Made by a program: the position numbers and the translations under genes. Below are positions 46,801-60,403 of a stretch of 64,000 nt of DNA, one piece after another. Every line of letters begins with the position of its first letter. The first letter of the stretch is position 1. A model generated the notes under the pieces. That model searched no databases. It saw only the letters and a list, made by a program, of their open reading frames with translations, and was not told the origin of the DNA. Source of the DNA: the human T2T-CHM13v2.0 reference genome, Homo sapiens; NCBI RefSeq assembly GCF_009914755.1, contig NC_060930.1; one strand, 5' to 3'.

Positions 46801-48132
46801 AAATAGAATTTAGTCATATTAAAAAAGAATTATACGCTACAACATAATGAGGTTTATTCCAAGTATATAAGCCTATTTCAGTATTTGAAAATCAATGTGA
46901 TTAACAAGCTAAAGAGGAAAAATAATATATTAATTAATGCAGAAAATATTGGATATCTCTGTGTTCATTTCTATGCTGAAAGCTAATGTTCACAATTCCT
47001 TTTGTAGTCTGATACTTAGAAGAAAAACAAGCAATCATGTATGTATATACAAGTAGGGCAATTTTGAAGTTTTAGAGAAGTGAACAGCAATTACAAGTTT
47101 GTTGGAAATCACATCTTTACTATCTCAGTGACTCAGATGGAGAGAAGAAATATTATTTATTTGTATAATTTACTTATCTTTAGTAAGAAATTATTCTCAG
47201 GATGTTCATTTTATACAACTAACATCGATTAATTCAAACACTAGACTTAGAGAGGATCTTCCTCACCTTGAAAAAGAGCACCTTCAAAAACCTACAGCTA
47301 TCATTGTTCTCTATGACAAAAGGTTAAACATTTTCCCTCTAAGTTCAGGAATAAGTCAAGCTTATCTGCTTTCACAACTTTTATAAGTCATAGTGACTGA
47401 CTTTCTAGCCACCATAATAACAAAAGTCAAGGGAATAAATGCATGCAAATTGGAAAGGAAGAAATAAAAATGTCCCTACTTATAGATGACATGATTGTTT
47501 ATATAGAAAATCCTAAGGAATCTAAACAAAAACAAAATTAAACAAAACTCATAGAAATAATAGGTGACCACAACAAGTTTAAAGGACACAGCGCAAACAT
47601 ACAAAAGTACACTGTATTTCCATGTACTGGCAATGAAAATGTGACCTCCAAAATTAAAAATACAATGCCATATATTCTGGCTCAAAAAATAGAATATATA
47701 AGTGTGAATCTATTAAATCATGTAAAGGATTTGCTTGCTTGTCACTACAAAATGCTGTTGAAATAAGTTTTTAAAAATATAAGTAAATGAAGAGTATATT
47801 GTGATTATCGCTTGGAAGACTCTACATAGTAAAGATGTCAATTCTCATCACATTTATATACAGATGTAATCAATTCCTATAACACCCTCAGCAAGATTTT
47901 TTTTTTTGTAAATCTAGACAAAATTATTCTACAATTTATATGGCAGGGCAAAAACCCTAGGATAACTAAAATAGCATTGGGGAGAAAATGAATAAAGGAG
48001 GAAAAATTAATTTATGCGTTTCAAGACTTATTATATAGCTTCAATATATAAGGCTGTGTAAATGGCAGAGGGTTTGACACGTAGATCACTGGAACAGAAT
48101 AAATAACCTGGTGATAGATCCACACAAATATG
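43895..48132 (+). mobile_element. Old L1M ORF1-ORF2 remnant (host of the L1PA5 and of the 46941 insertion)
   Basis: 'gatgggctcaacagcagaatg', 'tcatcagaaaccatggaggcc', 'atagatgacatgattgtttatatagaaaatcctaagg'. Confidence 0.85.
46941..47188 (+). repeat. Dispersed direct repeat, copy 1 (copy 2 at 49041-49287)
   Basis: Manual alignment: 20 substitutions and 1 indel over 248 bp (~91-92% identity). Confidence 0.97.
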
Positions 48133-49040
48133 GAAGGAATAGTCACAAAAAGCGTAACAATAAATATGGATCAGGCCTCTTCCTCATTTTTTTTCATCCA
48201 AGTAATCTCTGAAATATCTGTTTTAATTCAAAGAAGGGAGAGGCTTCCAAAGTTAATCATTATAAACTAATTAACTGTAGTAAGGTATGTGTGTATGTGT
48301 ATAATAAAAATGTATAATGAGAAATGTCTCAAACTACAAAAATTGTAGAAAATTTTATACTTCTTATGAGTACTGAATTCTTTTTCTCCTTTTAATATTC
48401 TAAAGCAGATGGATGGAGAAATCAACAGAGAGTAAGAAAGCCTTTTGGGAAATGAGTTAAGATATCATTATTATCTTTGCCAATTAGCATTTATTGAGCA
48501 ATTGGGTGCTTGATATTTCAAGCATCTCCATAGAGACACCATATTGAGACAAATTTCTGCATTCTGTTAATTTATGGTTGTCTGTTAGAGGATAAGACTA
48601 ACCTGATCATGCATTATACTGTGTGAAGTTATTCTCAGGATTGTTTCTCTAAGAGAAATTAAATTTTTAAACAAGTTAATTTGTATATGTTATTAAAATA
48701 TTTATAATTGGAACCTATTTGTTTCAATACATATTTTACAAAGTTGAAAACTTTACCTTGTAAAGTGTTTCTGTGAGCACTCTGAAGGGAACTATGAGCA
48801 ATCTCTAATGATAATGGCATAGATCTACAAACTGAATTATAGAAAATAAATACATTGAATTTTTTAAATCTGATATTGGTGAGAGTAAACAGCTGGTTAA
48901 CTCCAAGGAAAGGATAATTTTCCATGTTAAATGTTATTTAACATAAAATTTACTGTGGTACTATAAGAATCTTTCGTGTTTCTGTAGCAGGTCTAAGTTG
49001 GTATCATGTTTTGTTAATTGTGGTAATAGAATTAACCAAT

Positions 49041-49287
49041 AGAAAATGTTGGGTATCTCTGTGTTCGTTTCTATGCTAAAAGCTAACGTTAACAATTCCT
49101 TTTTGAGTCTGATACTTAGACCAAAAACAAGCTATCATGTATGTATATATAAGCAGGGTAATTTTAAGTTTTGGAGAAGTAAACAGCAATTACAGGTTTG
49201 TTGGAAGTCACATCTTTACTATCTCAGTGACTCAGATGGAGAGAAGGAATATTATTTATTCGTATAATTTACTTATCTTTAGTAAGA
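49041..49287 (+). repeat. Dispersed direct repeat, copy 2 (probable donor, in non-L1 context)
   Basis: Aligned with 46941-47188. Confidence 0.97.
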
Positions 49288-51875
49288 GCCCCTGCCTGCT
49301 GGGAAAAAGAAAAAAATTGAAACTTGGTCCCAGGTGTGCATTCATACCATTCCTTATCATAATTCTTATTTATTTGAGGTAAACAATCAGCATTGCTGGC
49401 ATTGTTGCCTCATAATTGCTTCCTCGCTGAGGTTGCAGTTGGAAGTTTAAGGAGAGAGAAACCTGCATGAACTCTTGGCAGTATAATTAAGAAGTTAGGC
49501 TGGAAAGATTGAGGTTGCACTCCAGATACTTTCCTTTTCAGCACTGATACTGAGATGGGAGCTGGTAGCTGGTAGCTTTACCATGATATCTGTTGAGGCA
49601 GAGGTGAAATGGCCTTGAGAAAACACTGCATATATAGTACATAAGTGAGGAGCTACATAGAGCTTAAGGCAGAGGCTCAGCCAAGAAAAACTAAGGCAGC
49701 AGGGAGCCATATCCAAACCTCATTTATCTAAAAAAGAGAACTCTGATCACAAATGCCAGTACCAAGCAACATCAGGATGTCCAGGGACGGTACCACAATA
49801 GCAACACTAAAAATCCATTAAACCAACCACTTTGCAATCTGACCGGAGTATTCAGAGAACACTCCAAGGAAGTGAGGACTCAGTTATTTTGCCATTATGA
49901 GGTCAGATGATCCCACCTCTCCCTGGATGGGGATAGAATAAAATATGAAAGAGGTTGAACAATTATTTTCCAAAAGATTGAGCATTACCTGAAAAACTGT
50001 GTATATTCTCAAAGTAGACTAAGTTTTGAAACAAAAATGACTAAAACATGTTTCCCTCACTCCTTAGCAGGTTCCTTTTCTTATTAGACTCGGTGCCATT
50101 TCTATATACATTATAAATGTAACCTCAAATAAATAACAAATAACCCTCTACATAAGGCTCTTGAAAGAAACATGTACACAAGATAATGACAAGCAAAGTC
50201 ATATTTCATTTTTAGCTAGGAATTTCAAGTCTCAATATAGAAGTCTAGAGAACAGGGCTAAACCTTTCAAAGAAGTTTTCACATAAGTTATGTCTGCTAA
50301 AATGACCTAGAACTGTAAATTCTAAGTACCAATTATTTTACCTACATGAAATCCCTAACTTACTGAATGAAAGCATAATAAACATACAGATATATTTTTT
50401 TAAACAAGGACTATGAACTTAAAAGAAAATTAAAACAAATGGAAAATAAATACTATCAAACAGGAAAAAAGAGAAAGCATTTTTGCTACTCCTTAGAATG
50501 GCATTGGCCTAAGCTAATCGGTCCATGCCTTTCATTAGTCCAGAACTTAGTTTTTCTTAAGGAGAGAAAGGATATAAAGAGAGAGAGAATTATTGCTCAA
50601 CTTTTCTGTTATGTTTTACAATCATATAAGTAAGAGAGAAGTTGCTAAAACTACACATTTTAAATTCATTTCTAAACCTCACCCCTAGGGGATGCAGGGG
50701 GTGGAGGAGGCACTGAAGCTCCAATCTTTGGAAATCCAAAAGATAAAGTGAAACAGGTCTCCTATTATGAGGTATGATAATAAAGACATTTTACAGTGAA
50801 AGAGAATTTCCAATCCTTAATGGCTAGAAAGCAAAATAGTTGATTTATGAGAAAGTGACCTGCAAAGTTAATCAGAAAAGGAAAATGTTGTCTGAGTCCA
50901 TCTGGCTTTTCCCAGGTCCACTATCAGGTGAAATCTAACCTATAGCAATAGCCATCTTTAAAATTATTTTCTATACTCTGTAACCCCATTATCTGATATC
51001 TGATAAATTAATAGGACCTAAATATGTATAATTATATCTCAGCCTATATGAAAACACCCATAGTAGTACCTTTTTCAGATGAGGCTTGAAATGAAGGTCT
51101 TGAGAGTAGCAATGCTAATTAGGCCTGGTATATTTCAAATTTAGGAAACTGCATTTCCTACTCTAAACCTCTTACAGTTCTGCTTAGATATAATTACCTC
51201 TTTGTTTTCTAGTACAATAAATTTGGTACCTTAGATCATCTTTGCCTTCAGATAGATCATCTCTACTAAGAGGTAAATGCTTTTGTTTGTTAGCACATTT
51301 CAAAGAAAGAAACTCTATGATAAGTTCTGCTAACTCATTTTCATTCAATCTCAAAATGTCAGGAAATGTTTCCTTCAGTATATTTTATAATTCACATGTT
51401 GCAGTGGAAGCAGTTTTCTCATAAGTAGAAATAATGGGCTATTGGTAAGATCATGAAAATTTTTCTATAGTCTCTTTTTTTGAAGATTAAAATACATTTC
51501 TTTTTCTCAGCACCACACATACTCTGAATTCTTATATTCTCACCTGATATGCCTACTTCTCAAAATCTACAATTATTTTCTAGATGATCTTTTGAATTCA
51601 CACTTCCAAAGAGAACTTTCTAGTTCTCTTTGCCAATGAGGATGACAAACTGTAGGCTTTCTCTGTGAAACACCTTGCCTTTTTCTGCCACTAGATATGT
51701 GTAGAAATCAACTAAAATTGTGTGGACATGAACAATTCTCACATTATTGGAATTAGCTCGTTTTCATAGGTCTTGCAAAGCCTCTTATAAATGGAAGTGA
51801 AGGGACAGCTTTCCTTCCATGTCCTGTCTTAGCATGTTGTAATGAAATAATAAGAAGTTTTAGATAAAGTTATAC

Positions 51876-51961
51876 AATATTTGCACATATAAGGTTGGTG
51901 GAATCCTAGATCCTAGTTAATATTTGCACATGTAAGGTTGGTGGAGTCCTAGATCCTGGTT
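51876..51961 (+). repeat. 43-bp tandem duplication (2 copies, 3 mismatches)
   Basis: aatatttgcacat(a/g)taaggttggtgga(a/g)tcctagatcct(a/g)gtt, twice. Confidence 0.95.
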
Positions 51962-52269
51962 CTTTATAGTGTTCTGAGAAGAATTTAAATATATTAGAGG
52001 CAGAAAGACTCTAGCCAAGTTTCCAATTACCAGCAGAGACACGGGGCTATTTAGGGATTGAGACTAGATTACTTTCTTTAAGGGAACAGATTACAGGGAT
52101 TGCTAGATATTTACTCCCTGTTCATATTATTATGGTATTGTGATGGGATGTTGCAAAGGGTAGGAAAATTCTCTTCAATATTCTGGCAAATTGAAATATA
52201 CATATACTCTAATTCCATCAGTGAGAACTTATTTGTACTTCTGTGATTTTCATTAAAAAGCCAATAATT

Positions 52270-52860
52270 GACTTTTAGTTCTAAATATGGCAGAGTAACC
52301 AGCAGACTTTCCCTCCTGCCAAAAATGCCTAAAAACCTGTATAAGGCACTGAACAAGAGGCAGCAAAGAGTAGTAATCCTTGAGAAAACGAAAACTCACA
52401 AACAGAAACCCAGAATCACACTAGTATTTTGCCAAGGGACACTTTATATTGTAACAGGAGGTTGTGGAGCCTAAATGGATCAGTGATCTTGCCCAGGTTA
52501 ACAAGTCAGAGGTCAGAGCTCTGGGCTGTTCAAGTGGTTACACATAATGGGGGACACAGAAGCTGGCATGGGAATGCACATGGGTCTTTAGCTGGGGTAA
52601 AATAAAGACGTTTAGATACATGCTGAGAGAATTCACCAGCTGATCTGCACTACCAGAAATGCTAAAGACCGTTTTCAAGGCTGAAGAGAAATTAAGCCAA
52701 ATAGAAAACCATATCCACACAAAGGAAAGAAAAGCACTGGAGATTCTGCACTGCTGGGTAAATACGTAAGACTATCATTCTGATTTCTTCTCTTAGTATT
52801 CTAAACGGGGGACTTGTTAAAGCAAAAACAATAATATTTTAATTTGAGTTTTTTTATGGA
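52270..52860 (+). mobile_element. Old L1M 5'-end/ORF1 fragments
   Basis: 'gacttttagttctaaatatggcagagtaac'; 'tgctgagagaattcaccagctgatctgcactaccagaaatgctaaag'. Confidence 0.55.
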
Positions 52861-55687
52861 TACAAAGCTCATTTACTTCCCACGTCCTCCCATACCAGTT
52901 CTAAACATACACTTCTCCTGAACACTCTTGTGTCTAACAGACGGAAGTCTGCATTGCAGCTCTGCAGCTGCCCTTTTGGGAATTTCCTGAATTCCTGGCC
53001 CTCCAGATGTTTCCATGTGATGTAAATGATCCTAGAGTATTTTGGTAGGAATAGGACTGAAAGTATTTTAAAAAATACTAACCACAAAGGAGAACTTATC
53101 TTAAGGTTAAGTACAGATGGCATGCACTTATTTAAGCATCATAGCTTCATGTTTTATTTTTGTTTTTCATTTTATTTTGTTTACTTAACTGTAGCCTTTA
53201 GCTTTGAAGATACTTGTTGAAAAGAGAAAGTCTCTTATTTTCTTCAATATCTCATTCTGTTTGCTATTATAATATGAAAAATTGTGTTTAAAGAGAAGAG
53301 ATACTATTGGAGAAATACAACACAGTTCAGTTATCTAAAATAATACTGAACATTGTGAGAACATTTCAGTGTTTACAGATATGTTTCTCTCTTATTCTCA
53401 CAGAAAGGAAATATCATAGTATCACTATTATTCTTTGATTTGTTTCATCTATAAAGTTACTAATTAAGCACCTACGATGTACTTAATAAAATGTGACAGT
53501 GTTCCTTTCTTTTGTTTCTTTTTTTCTTTTCTTTGGAAGGTGAGGGTAGCTGACCAGTAGTCTGAACTCTATCTATGGTTAGAATCCAGAAGCAATAATG
53601 TGCATTCTCTTTGTTTTATTTCACTGAGTTTTGGATTTTGTCTTTTTTGGAAGGCAAAGAGCATGTAACAATTTTCTAGCCCTCAGTGAGTCTTAGTTGT
53701 GAATTCATTGCACTTGTTGCAATATGACAATACATGACGTTCAAAGATGCTAGTTTAAGATGACACATTGTAACCATTTACAGGACTTTAAAACTAATAA
53801 GTATATGCAAAAACAACAACAGAAAATCAAAAAAACTCATGAAATCCAAATTTTTTAGGATTAGATCAATTATTCTATGGTATGACTAAAGACTGATTAT
53901 AGATTTTGTATTTTATATGCCACGAAAAAAACAAAAATATGCCTTAACTAATTAAAGTTATGACCTATAACTTCAATTATACTGTGTTCAATAAAATTGT
54001 GTATTTTATGTTTCCTTTACCAGTTTTTCATTGTCAATATCTTTATTTTGAAACATTTGTTAAGGCCTATTTTATAGCTAATATGTCCAAGTTCTAATTT
54101 TCTCTCCAGGCTTCTAAATCTGTATTTTTCCCTTTCATTTTCCTCTTCTCTTAAGGTCTATCTGTGTGTATATTTCAGAATCGCATTAGATGGCCCTTTA
54201 AGAAAGTCTATGGAAAGTGAGGGTCTATTTTACATCATAGGGAGGTTTAACATACAGGACTTGAAGTCTCAACTCAGCAGAAAAGCATTCTATTCTAGAC
54301 CAATCTATACTGTTTCAGAAAATATTTATCAATTAGAGTTATTCTATTTAATGAGCGTATATGCCAAGTTCTGTTGAATAAGATGAAGCATTTTTGTTTA
54401 GCAACACTTGGAGATTATACCATTGCTCTCAATTAGGTGAGCAGGTAGACAAGCATTCAAACTTTTCCCATATAAAATTTAGGATGTTCACAATATATTG
54501 GTTGATTATTTCTCAAAAGGTATTTAATAGTGGCTTTCTAATCCTAACTTTAAAACTTCTAATTCATTCTAATTTTATAGCCATATGACTAAAATATAAT
54601 TATTCCCATGGCAGAAATCTAATGTCAACAAGGTAAAAATAGAGTGTAAACCATATTGCTTCTTTTCCAGTTGAAATACCTTCACATTGATAATACAGGC
54701 AGCACTGAAAATAGAAATAATTAATCCTTCTGAGTATAGAATTTGAAACAAAATGAGAATTCATTGATGTCTTTATCAGAATTCTAATAGTTGATCTGGC
54801 ATGTCTCTGGACTCACAAAAATATTCCAGCAGCAAAAATAAACAAACAATTATCTCAGAATGGGAATACTTTCAGTAGAGGAATGATTTTTATTTAAACC
54901 TGACTCTCCACACAAACTTACTAGCAGAGTTCTTGCTCCTTATTATAAGACAACAATATGCTCAAGAAAAATATTTCTAATGAGATGGTGATATGTTCAT
55001 CCAGTTTAATATTTACATGTAATTATCTTCCCTCATACTGTTTGGTAAGTAGTTCTTGATCTTTTACTGCTATGTCCAAGAGTTAAGATTTTTTTTTCTC
55101 TCCATAGCTTTATGTTTAGAATTGGATATTGATTTTGCCTAGCAAGAAATTTATGGCTTAATTTTAAAGCCTTTGATTCTTCAAAAGGACTAAAAACTAA
55201 GGTTAGCCACATTCATTGAAAATGAAATGCAGGGTTGCACAGGCAGATGTAGCAATTTTGTAAAGAATATCTTCCCATTGTTCAATTTCAGTAAAAAAAT
55301 CCAGTAATAATTATAGGTTGTTCATAGCCACCTTACAAATATCACTCTGGTATTACAAAGATCAGTGGAAGACACAAGAACTTATGAATCCGGAAATATA
55401 AACTTGTCAGGAAAAATACAGTGGGGGCAATATATAGTAATATGCATGATAACGAAACTAGTGTTTTTCAAACTGTTATGAGTGGGACCATGTATCAAAA
55501 TAACGTGATCCAAAATATATTCATAATTATTAAAAAATATTAATCCATTTTAATTGTATTTTCACCCATTCAAAGTTTGTAAGATTAAACAATACACTTC
55601 TGAAGTAAACAATTTAATTCAATGATCGCATCTTTAGAGTTGCCCAGGCTTAAATGTAGATTAATAAAAGTTATCAGCATGTTCTAG

Positions 55688-55945
55688 AAGGCAGTGTAAA
55701 ATAAGCACTGGAGCTCTGACACCAGGCTGACCATATTCATATCCTGGTTTTTCGAAGTGCCAGCTGTATGATGTTGCACAAGTCAGTTAATTTTGATAAA
55801 CTACAGTTTCTACATCTATAAAGTAAAGATAAAGTATGACTTTTCATAGTGTTATCATGAGGCCTAAGTCAATTGATATGTATATGTATGAAATATTTAG
55901 CAAAGAACCTGGCATATAACAATGGCAAATGAATGTTAGCTATTT
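55688..55945 (+). mobile_element. MIR SINE
   Basis: Core 'ctgtatgatgttgcacaagtcagttaa...cagtttctacatctataaa' and 3' 'cctggcatataac...aatgttagctatt'. Confidence 0.82.
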
Positions 55946-56479
55946 CTGCTTCTTAGAAAATTGTCTACCTTTGATTTTGAAACGCATTTTTGTACAAGAT
56001 GGAATGAGAAAGATGAAGCTTCTAAGGACAATGCCCCAATGTTTTGCTGTGCTCACAAACATTAACATCTGTTTCTTATGTTTTTCTTTTCCACATTTGT
56101 CCTGTTTTCTTGGCCATCACTAATTAACTAGTCCTAGTTTTTCACTGTTAGTTCATCTCAATACAATCATTCTTTTCTATCTTCACTAATCTTAATTTCA
56201 TCTTATAGAATTTTATTTCCATTTTGTAGGTTATATAGTTCATCTTTTATTTTTTCTTGCATCGTTTCTCAGAATTCTTATTCTTACTTGTAAATGAAAT
56301 TATGATTATGTTAATAAGTATTAAAACTCACATGTACTTCTTGAAAAATGTTTGAATGAATTTCAAATTGTTTCTTAAAACATTCCGTGTTTGGTATTGA
56401 GTTTAAAATTTATTTAGGAAACTCTCAGTTTTCACTTCATTTAATTTGAGAATTCAGTTAGCTATATAGTTTTAACTTT

Positions 56480-56747
56480 GTTATTTTCCTATTAGATTGG
56501 CTGTTTTAGCATTATAGAGTACCTTCTTTGTCTCTAATTAGAATTTTTGTATTAAAGTTTATTTTGTCTGATATTAGTGTAGCCACTCCAGCTCTCTTTG
56601 GTTTCTGTGGGAAGTCATCTGTTTATCTTATTGAAGGTCCCTTGTACACTATGGAAAATTTTTCTTTCACTGGTTTCATTATTTTCTCTTTCAGTAATTT
56701 AACTATGATGTGTCCAAATGTGGATCTCCTTGAACTGATCCTACTTG
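56480..56747 (-). mobile_element. Old L1M fragment; resumes at 58700-59270
   Basis: 'tttattttgtctgatattagtgtagccactccagctctctttgg'; 'taactatgatgtgtccaaatgtggatctc'. Confidence 0.75.
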
Positions 56748-58694
56748 TGTGAAGTAGGTTCACTAATAACCAGTTGTAATGGAGATCTATCACTCCATAG
56801 AGAATAACAGAGATTATCACCATGCCAACCACCAGAAATAAGAGTCCAAATATTTCTGTCCACTGCATCCTTAGCTACAGTGTTACCAATTTCTGAGTCC
56901 AGTGAATCAGAACACACTCAGAGTCAACAAGTTATATAAAAAGGGTTTAGTGTTTACAGAGATGTAGCAAGGGACAAGGGAAGCCTAGGATCTGTTGTGA
57001 GTTGATCCTCCAAAGCTCAAGAAAGCTGCCTTGGGCAGACTGAGTCTTAACTAAACCACTTGCACCAGAGCTGAGGGACCCTAAAAGGTAGTCTGCCCTG
57101 GCTTATAAAATTTAGGGGCCGTGTGACTCACTGGATGTGCTTTGAAGGGCATCCCACTTCCAGGGAAGAGAGAAACAAGTCCCAAGCTGTCCTGGGGTGT
57201 TCCTTTTTAGCTCTCTTTATTACTTTTCTCAGGAGAACAGGAACAGGACCCTACACTGTTTCAGGCAGTTTCTCCCTATCTCAAGATATCCCATTCTTTT
57301 GTCAGATGAATAGATTGCAAAAATTTTCTCCCATTCTGTAGGTTGTCTGTTTTCTCTGTTGATAGTTTATTTTGCTATGCAGAACCACTTTAGTTTAATT
57401 AGATCCCATTTGTCAAGTTTTGCTTTTGTTGCAGTTGCTCTTGCTGTCATCCTCATAAAACATTTGTCCATGCCTATGCTTTGAATGGTATTGCCTCGAT
57501 TTTCTTCTAGGGTTTTTATAGTTTTGGGTTTTATATTTAAGTCTTTAATTCCATCTTGACTTGATTTTTGTACATGGCATAAGGAAGAGGTCCAGTTTCA
57601 ATTTTCTGTATATGGCTAGCCAGTTCTCCCAGCACCACTTATTAAATAGGGAATCCTTTCCTCATTGCTTGTTTTTGTCAGGTTTGTTGAAGATCAGATG
57701 ACAAAGGTCTAATATCCAGCATCTACAAGGAGCTTAAACAAATGTACAAGAAGAAAACCAAACAATCCCATTAAGAAGTGGGGAAAGGACATAAACAGAC
57801 ACTTCTCAAAAGAAGACATACATGTGGCCAACAAGTGTGAAAAAAACTCACCATAACTAATCATTAGAAAAATACAAATCAAAACAACAATGAGATACCA
57901 TCTTACAACAGTCAGAATGGTGATTATTAAAATGTGAAAAAATAACAGGAATGCTTTTACACTGTTGCTGAGAGTGTAAATTAGTTCAACCATTGTGGAA
58001 GACAATGTGGTGATTCCTGAAATAATCTAGAGGCAGAAATACCATGTGACCTAGCAATTCTATTACTGGGTATATATGCAAAGGAATATAAATTGTTCTA
58101 CTATAAAGATATGTGTATGTATATATTCATTGCAGCACTAGTCACACTAGCAAAGACATGGAATCAACCTGAATGATAGACTGAATAAAGAAAATGTAGT
58201 ACATATACACCATTGAATATTATGCAGCTTTAAAAAGGAATGACACCATGTCTAGCTCCATGGATGGAGCTAGAGGCTTTTATCCTCAGCAAACCAATGT
58301 AGAAACAGAAAACTAAATACGCATGTCCTTACTTATAAGTGGGAGCTGAATGATGAGAACACATAGACACATGGGGGAACAACACACACTGAGGCCTGTC
58401 AGAAGGTGGGGAGTGAGAGGAGGGAGACCATCAGGAAGAATAACTAGTGGATGCTGGGCTTAATATCTAGATGATGGGATGATCTGTGCAGCAAATCACC
58501 ATGGCACACATCTACCTATGTAACAAACCTGGACATGCTTCACATGTACCCCTTAACGAATAATAAACTTTGGAAATGAAAAAAAAGAAAAGAGATCCCA
58601 TTCCTAGCATATTCTACAGTTAATCTTGGGAACCACAAACATGAAACGGGGGAGAACTGGGTAAGTTCAAGATCACCAAAAGAACTGTCCTCCA
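56748..58694 (-). mobile_element. ERVL-class solo LTR (MER54-like), split by an L1 insertion
   Basis: TG...CA termini (tgtgaagtagg...gtcctcca) and 5-bp TSD acttg at 56743-56747 and 58695-58699. Confidence 0.78.
57297..58589 (+). mobile_element. L1PA (about PA10-13) with 5' inversion
   Basis: Antisense segment 57297-~57699 then sense 57700-58589 with A-tail; TSD aaga(t/g)atcccattc at 57283-57296 and 58590-58603. Confidence 0.9.
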
Positions 58695-58699
58695 ACTTG

Positions 58700-59270
58700 G
58701 TTTATGTTGAAATTCTGGGATGCATAGAATATTTTTTTTAATCTGGACAATTTTCAACAATTTATTTCTTCAAAGATTCTTTCTACCTTTTATCTCTCTA
58801 CTCTTCCTATGAGTCTACTACTATTTGTATATTCATAAGCTTGATGCTGTCTCATAGGTTATTGAGGTCTGTTTATTTTTCTTTGTGCTTTTTTGTTTCT
58901 GTTCCTCAGGCTAGATTTTGTCATTTGAACTATCTTCAGGCTGACTAAGTCTTACTTCTGTCAATTCACATGTGTTGAAGTCCTTTAGAAAAATTTTTAT
59001 TCAAGTTTTTGTATTTTTTTATCCATAGAATTTCCATTGGTTTCTTTTATTATTTCTATCTGTTTATTGATGCTGTTCATTTGGTAAGATCTCATTCTCA
59101 TACTTTTTTTCTTTAATGTTTCAGACATGATTCCTTTTAGTTCGTTAGCTATATTTTTAATAGGCAATTTAAAGTCTTTGTCTAGTAAGTCTATCATTTA
59201 AGCTCTTAAAACACAGTTTGAATTCACTTCACACTTTCCACTTCTGTACATGAATCATGCTTCCCTGTTT
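58700..59270 (-). mobile_element. Old L1M ORF1 fragment
   Basis: Minus ORF 58997-59197 (LLDKDFKLPIKNI...NKQIEIIK) is L1M ORF1-like. Confidence 0.75.
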
Positions 59271-60403
59271 GCAAATCTACATAGTTATGATACTGATGCA
59301 TTTTAAGTCTATTTCACAGAAATATCTTATTTCTGAGAAATATTTTCAGTTTTGTCAAGTTTGTCAAAGGTATATAAATGAAACTAGACATTTTAACATC
59401 AAGCTAATACAATTTTTATAAATTCTTATTTTTAAGACATTATATTGCTATTTCCAAGGACAAACATAATATTTATAAATTGTTTTTCACTTCCTAAGTT
59501 TTCTATGTTATTTTAATGTTTTCAATTCTGTATGTATGCATTCCATAGATTGCCAATCTAATTAAAAATTAAAACTGTAAAATGTTTGAAAAAATGATTA
59601 TATTTTTCCCCACCGTTTGTTGCCTTATTATTTAAAAAGAAAAACACAGTCGAAAATTGGTATACTATTCTGTAGTGAATAATTTCACTCAATCAGTGTG
59701 TCCATTTATAAAATATATATTATTTCCATCAATAGTTCTGAAAACCTATTTTCATCATTCTAAATAAAAGTATATTTTCACTTCATTTATTTATCCATCC
59801 CAAGGCAAATATTTATGGTGGAGACTGGTTGGAATGGTTTTCTCATTTCCTACTGATCTAGAATGTGCCAAATATTAAAGAGGAAAACTTTGGTTGAATG
59901 GCCATATTACAAAAAGTTAAAGTGGAAAGAGGAATTCTCCTTGAGCATTGCCCTCTAAAGAGTTCCTTCAAAAGCTTGTTGAAGGAAATCCCAAGCTTGA
60001 TTGTTTGGAAATCTAAATTATACTTATTTCCATTAAAACTCCATTCAAGTCCATTTAATTTATTCACAGATAAACAAAATGCCCTTTATTGCACTGCATG
60101 TAGTTTTGACAGATGGCTCTTAGCATTCTGTCCAGGTGTAAAAAGACAAGATAAATGAACCTGTTCTTTTTATTCACACACTTTGTGACTTTCATCTTCA
60201 CCTGAAAGCTTTCTTTGGTTCTTTGTCTACTTCAAGTTCCCAATAAATGACAGCACTCTTTCTAGTAAGAGCTTGCTTCATTATAAATCTAAAGAGAAAG
60301 TACCCCTGCTTGAAATAATCAGTTTGTGAACTCACCAATCAAGCAAATTACTCATATCAAAATTTCAAACATATTATTATTATTTAGTTTATTAGAATTG
60401 TCT

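Noticed and set aside
48280-48438. Possible splice donor (aag/gtatgt) and micro-exon (cag/atggat...aga/gtaaga)
   Set aside because: Isolated motif matches with no supporting reading frame or neighbouring exons; needs RNA evidence
49440-50070. Possible ancient LTR (Gypsy/ERVL-like)
   Set aside because: Only a vague resemblance; no termini or TSD identifiable
59963-59987. 9-bp hairpin ttccttcaa / ttgaaggaa
   Set aside because: Too short to be significant in 64 kb of AT-rich DNA
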